DNA of 52,115 bases from positions 1-52,115 of the IMG/VR virus record IMGVR_UViG_3300020045_004852; one strand, given 5' to 3'. Of the stretch, positions 33,383 to 42,416 are shown piece after piece. The position numbers were made by a program, and so were the translations under genes. Source of the DNA: a virus (Duplodnaviria; Caudoviricetes). The notes beneath the pieces are model-generated. The model did no database searches, had not been told where the DNA came from, and saw only the letters and a program-made list of their open reading frames with translations. Position 1 is the first letter of the stretch, and each line of letters opens with the position of its first letter.

Positions 33383-34612
33383 ATGACAAACGTGTTTGCA
33401 ACGTGCAATATCATTGCCAAAGAGTCCCTGGCTATTCTCCAGAATATGCTGGGATTTTCCGCCAATGTGAACCGCGACTTTGAAAGCGAGTTCACTGGCA
33501 ACATGAATCGTGGCTATGCCCCCGGCACCACGATCAACATCAAGCGCCCGCCGCGCTACACGTACCGCGCTGGCCGCGTTGCTGTGCCGCAGGCTACCGT
33601 CGAAAACACGGTGCCGCTGACGCTTTCGCAGGGCGGCTGTGACCTGAACTTCACCAGCGCCGAACGCACGCTGTCGTTGACGAATCTGGAGGCCAAGCTG
33701 GCTGCCGCGATGGCCCCGGTGTGCAATGAGATTGACCGGCAGGGTCTGGCGCTGGCGCACTACGCGACCTACAACGCCGTGGGCACCGTCGGCACGCGTC
33801 CAACGACTCAAGACGCAGCTTTTGACGCCATCACTGCCGTCAATCAGCGCCTCGATGAAATGGCCGCCCCGTCGGTCAAGGATCGCCAACGCAACCTCAT
33901 CATGAACCCAGCCATGAACGGTGCGTTGATTCGTGGTTTTGGCGGCCTGTTCAACAACAGCGCGAAAATCGGCAAGCAGTACGACAGCGGCATGATGGTC
34001 GATTCTCTGGGCCTGGCCTATGGCATGGATCAGAACGTTGACACACACACGAATGGCACCCAGCCGACCGGCCCGACCGCCAACGCGGTGAATGGCGCCA
34101 GCCAGACTGGCTCCACGATTGCAGTCAACGGCGCCGCAATCACCGGCACGATCACCCGTGGCTCAATCATCACGTTCGGCGGCGTCAACGCTGTCAACCC
34201 GCAAAGCCGTGTCTCGACCGGATCTCCCGCGCAATTCGTGGTGACTGCCGACGTGGCTGCTGGCGCGACAAGCATCCCGGTCAGCCCCGCCATCGTCTCG
34301 TCTGGCGCATTCCAGAACGTCACCGCCTCGCCTGCGAACAATGCCACGCTGTCGGTGCTGGGTGCTGCCAGTGCCAGCTACGCATGCAACATCGGCTACC
34401 ACAAGGACGCTTTCACGCTGGCGATGGTGCCGATGTGGATGCCGCCCGGCGGAAAAGGCGTGATCGAAGTTCATCAGGAAACCGACAACGGCTTTACTGT
34501 CAAGGCCACCGAGTTTTACGATGGCCGCGAAGACATGAGCTACATCCGTCTGGACGTGCTGTTCGGGTGGGCGGCCACCTATCCCGAGCTCAGCGTCAAG
34601 CTGGTGGCCTAA
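33383..34612 (+). CDS. Major capsid protein (P22 gp5 family)
   Basis: IIAKESLAILQN...NVNRDF...GTTINIKRP...RLDVLFGW....PE. Confidence 0.92.
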   Translation: MTNVFATCNIIAKESLAILQNMLGFSANVNRDFESEFTGNMNRGYAPGTTINIKRPPRYTYRAGRVAVPQATVENTVPLTLSQGGCDLNFTSAERTLSLTNLEAKLAAAMAPVCNEIDRQGLALAHYATYNAVGTVGTRPTTQDAAFDAITAVNQRLDEMAAPSVKDRQRNLIMNPAMNGALIRGFGGLFNNSAKIGKQYDSGMMVDSLGLAYGMDQNVDTHTNGTQPTGPTANAVNGASQTGSTIAVNGAAITGTITRGSIITFGGVNAVNPQSRVSTGSPAQFVVTADVAAGATSIPVSPAIVSSGAFQNVTASPANNATLSVLGAASASYACNIGYHKDAFTLAMVPMWMPPGGKGVIEVHQETDNGFTVKATEFYDGREDMSYIRLDVLFGWAATYPELSVKLVA

Positions 34613-34665
34613 ATTTAAACCGCGCCGGGGAAATCCGGCGCATCAATTTTCAGATTGGATAAAAA

Positions 34666-35361
34666 ATGACAGTCACACTTTCGCGGGCGTACGGCACTTT
34701 TGCTGCTGGCGCCGTCGTCACGCTTCCCAATTCCACCGAAACTGCCTTGATTGCGCAAGGTCTGGCCACGCTGGCGCGCTCTAGCGATTTCAATACCAAC
34801 GACCGCCTGTACCAATTGACTCAAGGCGGCAACACCGCAGAGGCCTTGCCGTCCGGCGCATCGTCCGTGTCTGCGCCGGCAGGCCCAAGCATGATCCCTG
34901 TGATTCCGCTGACGGCTTTTGCGTCGGCGGGCACGTCCAGCGTTCATGTTGCGGGCACCATGAACCTGGCCGAGGTCTATGTGCCAGCACGGGGCACCTT
35001 CGCCGGTATCGCGGTTTTGAATGGCGCGACCGTCGGCACCGACAACCTGCTGGTGGCCCTGTACGACTCCAATGGCGGCTTGGTGGCGAACTCTGCCGTG
35101 GCTGGCGCACTGTCTGCGGGCGCCAACGCGTTCCAGAAAATCGCGTTTCTGACTGCGCCGACGGTTGAGCGCGGGCGCTACTTCCTGGGCGTTCAGTGCA
35201 ACGGCGCCACGGCGACTACTCGCAAGCTCAAGGCTGCTGACAGCCCCAACGTATTGACGGCTTCGCAGGTCGGCACGTTTGGCACGATCCCGGCTACCGT
35301 CACCGTGCCCACGACGTTCACCGATGTAGTTGGCGTCATCACGCAACTCTATGTGAGCTGA
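34666..35361 (+). CDS. Putative capsid decoration or virion protein
   Basis: Ala/Thr/Gly beta-rich protein after the coat gene. Confidence 0.65.
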   Translation: MTVTLSRAYGTFAAGAVVTLPNSTETALIAQGLATLARSSDFNTNDRLYQLTQGGNTAEALPSGASSVSAPAGPSMIPVIPLTAFASAGTSSVHVAGTMNLAEVYVPARGTFAGIAVLNGATVGTDNLLVALYDSNGGLVANSAVAGALSAGANAFQKIAFLTAPTVERGRYFLGVQCNGATATTRKLKAADSPNVLTASQVGTFGTIPATVTVPTTFTDVVGVITQLYVS

Positions 35362-35408
35362 CAGCGCGCCGATCAAGCAAAAGGGGCTTTGCCCCTGTTT
35401 TTTGAAGG

Positions 35409-35675
35409 ATGGCCATGCCTCAAGAATTTCCCAAATGGGTTTACCCCGACGGCACTGCGGCCAGCGGCGTATTGGTGCGCGACGCGGCGCAAGAGATCGC
35501 CGCCATGCCGCGCACCCCGAGTCCACAAGCTGACGCACGCCAGGATGACCAGGGCGCGGGCATTGCGTGGCGCTCCGATGGCTACGCACCCATCCGTATC
35601 AGTACTTACGCAGACACGCCAGAGCCCGCTGACGCACCCAAGCGCCGGGGGCGCCCACCAAAAGCATACCCATGA
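35409..35675 (+). CDS. Small protein with an AT-hook-like C-terminus and an inserted gp10-like peptide
   Basis: QEFPKWVY...PKRRGRPPK; AAGGA RBS; ATGA overlap with the next gene. Confidence 0.75.
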   Translation: MAMPQEFPKWVYPDGTAASGVLVRDAAQEIAAMPRTPSPQADARQDDQGAGIAWRSDGYAPIRISTYADTPEPADAPKRRGRPPKAYP

Positions 35676-36358
35676 CAACAGCAAACCAGTTGATTGAGCG
35701 CGCCTATGAGATCATCGGGTTTAAAGACCCGGACGAGCCATTGAGCGGCTCGATGGCGACAAAGGCGCTGGCGGTGCTGAATGATATGGTGGATAGCTGG
35801 AATACCCAGCGCCTTTATATCGTATCTGTCGATGAAATCGTGACAACTGTCAGCGGCCTGCCAATTACCATCGGCCCCGGCATGATGATTGATGTTGCCC
35901 GCCCCATAAAGGTGGAAGACGGTTCATTCACCAGAATATCAGGCGTCGATTATCAAATAAAGTGGGTTGACCGCGAAGAATATAACAGCATTGCGTTTAA
36001 AAGCGTGGCCGGTCAAATATCGCTTATCGGCTACTACGATGCAAACATGCCAACTGGGAATATTTTCCTGTGGCCGTACCCGGTGACTGGAGCTGAGCTC
36101 CACTTGCAGCTCCAAAAACAGCTTTCTGAGTTTTCCGACTTGGCCACGGATTACAGCCTAGCACCAGGCTACCGCAAGGCCATCAGCTACAGCCTGGCTG
36201 AAGAACTGGCGCCGGGCCTGAAAGAGTTGTCGGGCACGGTCGTCAAGGCCGCAGCATTGGCCCGTAAAGCAATTCGCCGAACCAACGCGGTGATTCCGCA
36301 GCTCAACACCGGATCGTCAGCCGGGTCGCCATTGGCGCAGTTTCTGGCTGGGATGTAA
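35672..36358 (+). CDS. Head-tail adaptor (P22 gp4-like)
   Basis: TTANQLIERA..IIG...ALAVLNDMVDSW...PGYRKAISYSLAEELAP. Confidence 0.8.
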   Translation: MTTANQLIERAYEIIGFKDPDEPLSGSMATKALAVLNDMVDSWNTQRLYIVSVDEIVTTVSGLPITIGPGMMIDVARPIKVEDGSFTRISGVDYQIKWVDREEYNSIAFKSVAGQISLIGYYDANMPTGNIFLWPYPVTGAELHLQLQKQLSEFSDLATDYSLAPGYRKAISYSLAEELAPGLKELSGTVVKAAALARKAIRRTNAVIPQLNTGSSAGSPLAQFLAGM

Positions 36359-36363
36359 AAATC

Positions 36364-37800
36364 ATGGTCAGAAGAAAACTCCCATTTGTTGGCCCGTCAT
36401 ACCAGAGCCGCAGCATCAACGCCAACGCCCAGCAGACGCTAAACGCCTATCTGGAGCTGGACAACTCCAGCCCACGCGCCCCGCTTGCTCTGTACGGCAC
36501 GCCCGGCACAGTGCGCAAGCTCACACTGCCGACCGGCCCAGTTCGCGGCGCCGTTGCCGAAAAAGGATGGTGCTGGATCGTGGCGGGTAGCGGCGTCTAT
36601 CGTGTGGCGCCCGACTGGACATTTTCGCTCTGCGGCAACATCGGCACGTCAACCGGCGAGGTCGGCATTGCCAGCAATGGCACCCAGGTTTTGATCGTCG
36701 ATGGCGCGGATGGCTGGCTTGTCAACATCAGTGCAAACACATTGGCAAAAATCACGTCCGGTGGATTCCCGAATGGCGTCACACGGGCCACGTTTCAAGA
36801 CGGGTATTTTGCCGTGACGGGGCTGGCGAACAGTCAAAGTTTTTGGATCAACCAGACTGCATACGACGGGGCGACGTGGGACGCGCTGGATTTTGCCAGC
36901 GCAGAGGGCGCGCCCGACAACACTGTTGGCATAATTTCCGATCACCGCGAGCTGTGGCTTTTCGGTGCAAAAAGTGCTGAAGTTTGGGTCAACACGGGAT
37001 CGGCAGACTTCCCGTTTTCGCGGTCTGGCAACGCATTTATTGAGCACGGCTGCGCGGCGGCTGGGACTATCGCAAAGGCCGACAATACCGTTTTTTGGCT
37101 GGGCTCTGATGACCGTGGCGCCGGTATCGTGTGGCGCGCCGACGGCTACACGCCAATCCGTATCAGCACCCATGCGATTGAGCACGCACTGGCTGGGTAC
37201 ACGCTGGGCAATGCCGTGGCAATGACGTATCAGCAAGAAGGCCACGTCTTTTACGTGCTGACGTTCCCGACTGACGGTAAAACGTGGGTGTACGACGCAT
37301 CAACCCAGCAGTGGCATGAGCGCGCTTGGATGCACCCCAGCACCGGGGCGCTGAGCCGGTGGCGCGCAAGCTGTGCGGTATTTTTTGGCGGCGAGCACCT
37401 GGTCGGCGATTTTGAGACGGGTGCTGTGTACGCGCTTGACCTTGACACATACACCGACGATGGCGGCCCGATTCTGCGCAGACGACGCACTGCGACGGCG
37501 GAAAGTCTCCAGCAGCGCATGTTTTTCACGTCGTTGCAAGTGGATATGGAGACCGGCGTCGGCACCGGCAACGGCCAGGCATCGAACCCGCAGCTCATGT
37601 TGCGCTATTCAAATGATGGCGGCCACACTTGGAGCAACGAAAAGACGGCCAGTGCCGGGCGCGTCGGCGAGTACGGCGCTCGCGCCAGATTCCAGCGGCT
37701 GGGGGCCGGGCGCAACCGGTTGTGGGAGTTGAGTATGACCGACCCCGTGAAGTTTGCAATTTTTGGCGCTGTGGTCGAAGGCGAGGCGGGGACAAGCTGA
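36364..37800 (+). CDS. Tail hub / DNA stabilisation protein (P22 gp10-like)
   Basis: 478-aa beta-propeller-like protein: DFASAEGAPD, ELWLFG..SAEVW, YQQEGHVFYVL, SNDGGHTWS. Confidence 0.9.
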   Translation: MVRRKLPFVGPSYQSRSINANAQQTLNAYLELDNSSPRAPLALYGTPGTVRKLTLPTGPVRGAVAEKGWCWIVAGSGVYRVAPDWTFSLCGNIGTSTGEVGIASNGTQVLIVDGADGWLVNISANTLAKITSGGFPNGVTRATFQDGYFAVTGLANSQSFWINQTAYDGATWDALDFASAEGAPDNTVGIISDHRELWLFGAKSAEVWVNTGSADFPFSRSGNAFIEHGCAAAGTIAKADNTVFWLGSDDRGAGIVWRADGYTPIRISTHAIEHALAGYTLGNAVAMTYQQEGHVFYVLTFPTDGKTWVYDASTQQWHERAWMHPSTGALSRWRASCAVFFGGEHLVGDFETGAVYALDLDTYTDDGGPILRRRRTATAESLQQRMFFTSLQVDMETGVGTGNGQASNPQLMLRYSNDGGHTWSNEKTASAGRVGEYGARARFQRLGAGRNRLWELSMTDPVKFAIFGAVVEGEAGTS

Positions 37801-38300
37801 TGGCGCAAATCCTTTCCCTTTTCCCGGCCCGCATCCGCTTTGTAAACAACGACGGCACGCTGACGCCCGAGGCTTACCGCGCCCTGCAAAGCCTGCTGGA
37901 GCGCGTCGGCGGCCCACTGGGTGACAACGGCGTGGACGTTTTCAGCGACCTGTCAAGCGGCGGGTCTGAGTCAGAGTCAATGGGCGATATGATTTTTCAG
38001 CCAGCCGCTCAAAATGCGCCAGCGGTCAAAGTGACGGCGGTCAGTGGTCAGCTTGGCGGCCAGGCCAGGACGATTGTCGTGACCGCATCCGGCACGACGC
38101 AAACCCTGCCAGCCGCGTCAAACTCGCAAGTGGGCGACGAATACACGATTATTTTTGCGGCGGTCGGATTCGTCGATATTGCGCGGTCTGGTGCTGACAC
38201 GCTTAATCTGCCAGTGGCCGATACGGTCATCCGGCTAAACCAAAAAGGCGCAAGCGTGACACTTCGCTGCCTGACAAATACAAGCTGGGGTATCGTATGA
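37800..38300 (+). CDS. Tail-associated protein (gp26 needle position)
   Basis: TGATG overlap; PARIRFV...LTPEAYRAL N-terminus. Confidence 0.65.
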   Translation: MAQILSLFPARIRFVNNDGTLTPEAYRALQSLLERVGGPLGDNGVDVFSDLSSGGSESESMGDMIFQPAAQNAPAVKVTAVSGQLGGQARTIVVTASGTTQTLPAASNSQVGDEYTIIFAAVGFVDIARSGADTLNLPVADTVIRLNQKGASVTLRCLTNTSWGIV

Positions 38301-39562
38301 CGTGGTTCGGCAATGAAGTGACAATGGCCGATGGCCCTCAGCTTGATGCATTCGGTAATATCCGCACCAGCTCAGCTATCCAGCTTTTCGGCGCAACGCA
38401 AGAATATAATTTCGGCCCGCTGCTGTTTGACCATTACACAGCGTCGGGCGGCACGGCCACGCATTCGACGCTGACAAACAGCACCATCCTTAGCACTGCC
38501 GGGGCGACATCCGGGGCGCGGGCGCTGCGGCAGACAAAGCTTTATCTGCGCTACACGCCAGGCAAATCGCACCTGATTAAAAACACAGGCACGCTTCGTA
38601 AGGGCAGCGCGCCGACTGGCGCCGCTACGACGGCCACGGGCTATGCCGATGACCGCAACGGCGTGTTTTTTCAGGACACGGCATCCGGCGTCCGGCTGGT
38701 AATCCAATCTGATACGACCGGCATCGTTGTTCGCAGCACTGCAAATCAGGCGTCTTGGAATCTGGACAAAATGGATGGCACTGGCGCATCCGGTGTCGTG
38801 ATCGACTGGACGAAAGAGCAGATTTTCGTTTTTGATTTGCAATGGCTTGGCGTGGGCCGTGTGCGCTGCGGCGTGTCTATTCGTGGGAGGGTGATTTATG
38901 TGCATGAGTTTAATCACGCAAATTCGGCCACGGCGGTTTATATGCGAACTGGCTGCCTCCCGGTTCGATATGAGGCGTTCAATGACGGCGGCGCAGGCTC
39001 AAATGTGGCGATTGAAGCCATTTGCACTTCAGTGGACTCTGAGGGCGGCGTGAATGAGGATTCATTTTATTCATTTGCATATTCTGCGTATGTCGGCGCA
39101 GCAATGACACTCGATACGATATTTCGCCCTGTTGTGACGCGGCGCCTGCGTGACTCATTTAATGGGCTTACGGTCAGAGGGCATGCCCACTTGCGCGGAT
39201 TTGATTTGCTTGTGGGTACTGGTGATATTGCTTGGCAGATTATCTATAACGCGCCCATTGTAATTGGCGGTGGCGGATCAACGACAACGCAAAACGTCAA
39301 TGCAACCCACTCAATCAGCGAGTACGACACGTACACCGGGGCAGCAAATACCATTGGAGCCGGTGGGTTGGTAATCGCCGCAGGTTTTGCCGTTACCGGC
39401 AGTGGTGTCACGCGGCAAACGTCATCATTTTCAGACCCAGGGGCGCGGCCATTATTGGGGCGCACTTATGCGGGCGTGCGTGACAGCTACACGTTGGCGG
39501 CGCGCTCAATTTCTGGTGCTGCAAATATCCAAGTCAACGTCAGCCTAAAAGAGCAATACTAA
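38297..39562 (+). CDS. Beta-sandwich (lectin-like) virion protein
   Basis: DAFG..R.S, RQT....Y.PGKS, WN.DK.DGTG.SG and D.QWLGVGRVR.G motifs. Confidence 0.7.
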   Translation: MTWFGNEVTMADGPQLDAFGNIRTSSAIQLFGATQEYNFGPLLFDHYTASGGTATHSTLTNSTILSTAGATSGARALRQTKLYLRYTPGKSHLIKNTGTLRKGSAPTGAATTATGYADDRNGVFFQDTASGVRLVIQSDTTGIVVRSTANQASWNLDKMDGTGASGVVIDWTKEQIFVFDLQWLGVGRVRCGVSIRGRVIYVHEFNHANSATAVYMRTGCLPVRYEAFNDGGAGSNVAIEAICTSVDSEGGVNEDSFYSFAYSAYVGAAMTLDTIFRPVVTRRLRDSFNGLTVRGHAHLRGFDLLVGTGDIAWQIIYNAPIVIGGGGSTTTQNVNATHSISEYDTYTGAANTIGAGGLVIAAGFAVTGSGVTRQTSSFSDPGARPLLGRTYAGVRDSYTLAARSISGAANIQVNVSLKEQY

Positions 39563-39904
39563 ATGCAAAGACTTCCAAAACGGCTTATTGACGGCGCGGT
39601 GCTGACGGCCAGCGCAGCGGTGTATTTCACAGTCCCGCCGAACAGCATGGTGACAATCAGCGCATGCAGCGTGACCAACACGACGGCCATACCCCAGACG
39701 CTGACAATGCACCTTGTCCCATCGGGCGGCACAGCGGGCGCGTCGAACGTGGTTTGCTCTGGACGCACCGTGGCGCCCGGTGAGACTTTCAATCCTCCCG
39801 GCGCGATCGCCCAGACGTTGCACGCTGGCGGAACAATCCAGGCGCTCAGTGATGCGGCAAGTGCGCTCACGTTGGTGGCTTCTGGCTACACTACCACGGT
39901 ATGA
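39563..39904 (+). CDS. Small beta-rich virion protein
   Basis: Adjacent to and coupled with its neighbours. Confidence 0.7.
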   Translation: MQRLPKRLIDGAVLTASAAVYFTVPPNSMVTISACSVTNTTAIPQTLTMHLVPSGGTAGASNVVCSGRTVAPGETFNPPGAIAQTLHAGGTIQALSDAASALTLVASGYTTTV

Positions 39905-40248
39905 CCGGCGCCGACGCGGCCCGCATGATGGGTGTGCCATCATTCCCGACCGGCTGGCAGTTCCATGAGGTTCATCGGAGAGGCGCTCTGGCTGGATTTT
40001 TTTGCACCAAGGCCAATGAAATACACGCCTTCCGCCTGCCTGAGTTCGATGGCTGGTGGCTGACGCGGCAAGCCATTGAGCGCGTGATTGCCCCGATTCT
40101 GGCTGAGTTCGGCGAGATCAAGACGGCGGTGCGAATTGAGAACTTGGCGGGCCATGCATTCGTGACTCGACTGGGGTTCGCGGCTATTGGCCGGGATGAC
40201 AAAAACATCAACTACATGACAAAAAAGGTAAACCATGCGCGACTTTGA
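39901..40248 (+). CDS. GNAT-fold assembly protein (P22 gp14 / T7 gp13 position)
   Basis: EIH....PEF...WL...N..G..FVTRLGF, just before the ejection proteins. Confidence 0.7.
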   Translation: MTGADAARMMGVPSFPTGWQFHEVHRRGALAGFFCTKANEIHAFRLPEFDGWWLTRQAIERVIAPILAEFGEIKTAVRIENLAGHAFVTRLGFAAIGRDDKNINYMTKKVNHARL

Positions 40249-41305
40249 TCCATGCGCCAGCGAATTTATCAGCAGCGGCTATGTGGCGCGTAGTCGGCCC
40301 GGCGGGGTGCTGTACGACCCAGGCGTAATCATGGCCGGGGCAAATATCGTCGGCGGCATTATGAGCTCGGACGCGGCTGGTGACGCTGCTGACGCTCAGG
40401 CCCGCGCCGCCGAACAATCTGACGCCACCCAGCGGTATTTTTACGACACGACCCGTGCTGACAATGAGCCGTTTCGTCAGACCGGCGTCAGTGCCAGCAA
40501 TCGACTGGCGCAGCTCATGGGCCTGCAAAGCGGCGCATCGGCGGCGACGCCCGATCAACTGCGGGCGCAGCTTATCGGTCAGTACACCAGCACCACGCAA
40601 GCGCCTGTTTTCCAGCAGCTTTTGGGCAGCAGCTACGACGGCGAAACCTACCAGCCGCCGCAGTATCAAAGCCAGTCCACGGTTGATGAAGCCGGTTTGC
40701 AGGCCGCTATCAATGAGCGACTGGCCAAGCAAAAAGCAGACGCGGCGGCGCAGCGCAAAGACCCCAGCTTCGGCATGCTGGCACGCGACTTTTCAGCCGC
40801 TGATATGCAAAAAGACCCGGTTTATCAGTCGGGCCTCCAGTTCGGCCTCGATCAAGGCACGCAGGGGCTGAACCGGCAGGCGGCGGCTGGCGGCAACTTT
40901 TTGTCCGGCGCGGCGCTGAAGGCGCTGGCGCGGTTCGGGAATGACTATGGCAGCACCAAGGCAAATGAGTCCTACAATCGCTTTAACAACAATCAAACTC
41001 AGCAGTACAACCGCCTGGCTGGGCTGGCAGGCTCTGGGCAGCAGGCCACGAATCAAGTCAGTGCCGCCGGTCAGAGCGTGGCGAACAACATCAGCCAGAG
41101 CCAGCAGGGCGTCGGCAATGCGCGGGCGTCGGGCTATGTCGGCAGCGCGAATTCGTGGAACAATGCGATTGGTCAGGGCGTGAATGCTTACCAACAAAAC
41201 CGCCTCATGAGTCAGCTTTTCCCGCAAAAACCGACCGGCGGCGCGGGCATGACTGGATCGGGCACAATGAATGAACTTGCAAGCTACGGGGTATTTGATG
41301 ATTGA
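40235..41305 (+). CDS. DNA ejection protein (P22 gp7-like)
   Basis: Ala/Gly/Gln-rich; DPVYQ..L..G...LNRQAAAGG..LSGAALKAL.RFG.DY. Confidence 0.8.
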   Translation: MRDFDPCASEFISSGYVARSRPGGVLYDPGVIMAGANIVGGIMSSDAAGDAADAQARAAEQSDATQRYFYDTTRADNEPFRQTGVSASNRLAQLMGLQSGASAATPDQLRAQLIGQYTSTTQAPVFQQLLGSSYDGETYQPPQYQSQSTVDEAGLQAAINERLAKQKADAAAQRKDPSFGMLARDFSAADMQKDPVYQSGLQFGLDQGTQGLNRQAAAGGNFLSGAALKALARFGNDYGSTKANESYNRFNNNQTQQYNRLAGLAGSGQQATNQVSAAGQSVANNISQSQQGVGNARASGYVGSANSWNNAIGQGVNAYQQNRLMSQLFPQKPTGGAGMTGSGTMNELASYGVFDD

Positions 41306-42416
41306 CGCACAAATCCCACTCATGGTCAGGCCGCCGGAAATTGACCAGCCGGTTAACGCAATGGCGAAAATCTTGCAGCTCAAGCAAGTGCAGCAAGACG
41401 GCCAGCTCGGCGCCGCTAAACTTGCAGAGCACCAGCGCGGTCTGGAAGAAACTAACCGCCTGAACCAGATTTACTCTGAGGCCATGAGCCCGGACGGCAC
41501 GCTGGATCGTCAGAAAATCTACAGCGGCGCAGCGGCGCAACAACTTGGCTCAAAAATTCCTGGCTTGCAAAAAGGCTTCGCGGAATCCGATAAAGCGCAG
41601 GCTGACGCTGACAAAGAGCGCATTGCTGGCGCCATGCAAAAGCTGGCTTTCGGGGCGCAGTTGCTTGGGGGTGTCCGTGACCAACCCAGTTACGACGCGG
41701 CGCGACAGACGGCACAAGCAAATAAGCTCGATGTTTCACGAATGCCTGCTGCTTACGACCCTGCATTTGTACAACAGAAAATCCAAGAGGGGCGCACTGT
41801 TGCGCAGCAGCTTGACCAATACTGGAAGCAGAAGGGGTATGACACGCCGGACGCGAATGCGCGACTGTCTGACGCCCGCGCCCGTGAGTTCAATGCCACG
41901 AAGGTTGAGGAAAACCGCATCAAGCGAGAGCAAGGCAAGCCGCTGAACGAAGGGCAAGGCAAGGCGCTGTTGTTTGGGTCGCGCATGCGCGAAGCTGACA
42001 AAATCATCGAGCAACTGACTTCCGAGGGTTCTGGAACGTCGGTAATCGGGTCACGCGCCCCAATTATCGGCGGCATCATCAATTCGCTATCATCGGGAAA
42101 CCAACAAATGCTCGACCAGGCCAAGCGCGACTTTATGAGCGCAGTGCTGCGCAGGGAATCTGGTGCCGCGATCTCGGACGGCGAGTACAGCAATGCCGAC
42201 AAGCAGTATTTCCCGCAAATTGGAGACGGGGAAGGCGTGATTGCGCAGAAGGCCAAGAACCGAAAGCTGGCACTTGAAGGGGTTTTGCTTGAAGTGCCAG
42301 CGCAACATCGCGACACGCTGCAACCTTCCGAGCGTCAGCCAGCAGCGCCGCAAGTTGGCCAGCCGGTAGCCGCTGGCATTGAAGCTGAAATGCGCCGTCG
42401 GGGGTTGCTCAAATGA
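41298..42416 (+). CDS. DNA ejection protein (gp20 position)
   Basis: Helical; AVLRRESGAAIS..EY....KQYFPQ.GD motif. Confidence 0.75.
   Translation: MIDAQIPLMVRPPEIDQPVNAMAKILQLKQVQQDGQLGAAKLAEHQRGLEETNRLNQIYSEAMSPDGTLDRQKIYSGAAAQQLGSKIPGLQKGFAESDKAQADADKERIAGAMQKLAFGAQLLGGVRDQPSYDAARQTAQANKLDVSRMPAAYDPAFVQQKIQEGRTVAQQLDQYWKQKGYDTPDANARLSDARAREFNATKVEENRIKREQGKPLNEGQGKALLFGSRMREADKIIEQLTSEGSGTSVIGSRAPIIGGIINSLSSGNQQMLDQAKRDFMSAVLRRESGAAISDGEYSNADKQYFPQIGDGEGVIAQKAKNRKLALEGVLLEVPAQHRDTLQPSERQPAAPQVGQPVAAGIEAEMRRRGLLK

Noticed and set aside
35544-37175. Duplicated gp10 segment as a DGR template/variable repeat pair
   Set aside because: Mismatches are not adenine-specific, many are synonymous, and I see no reverse transcriptase gene.
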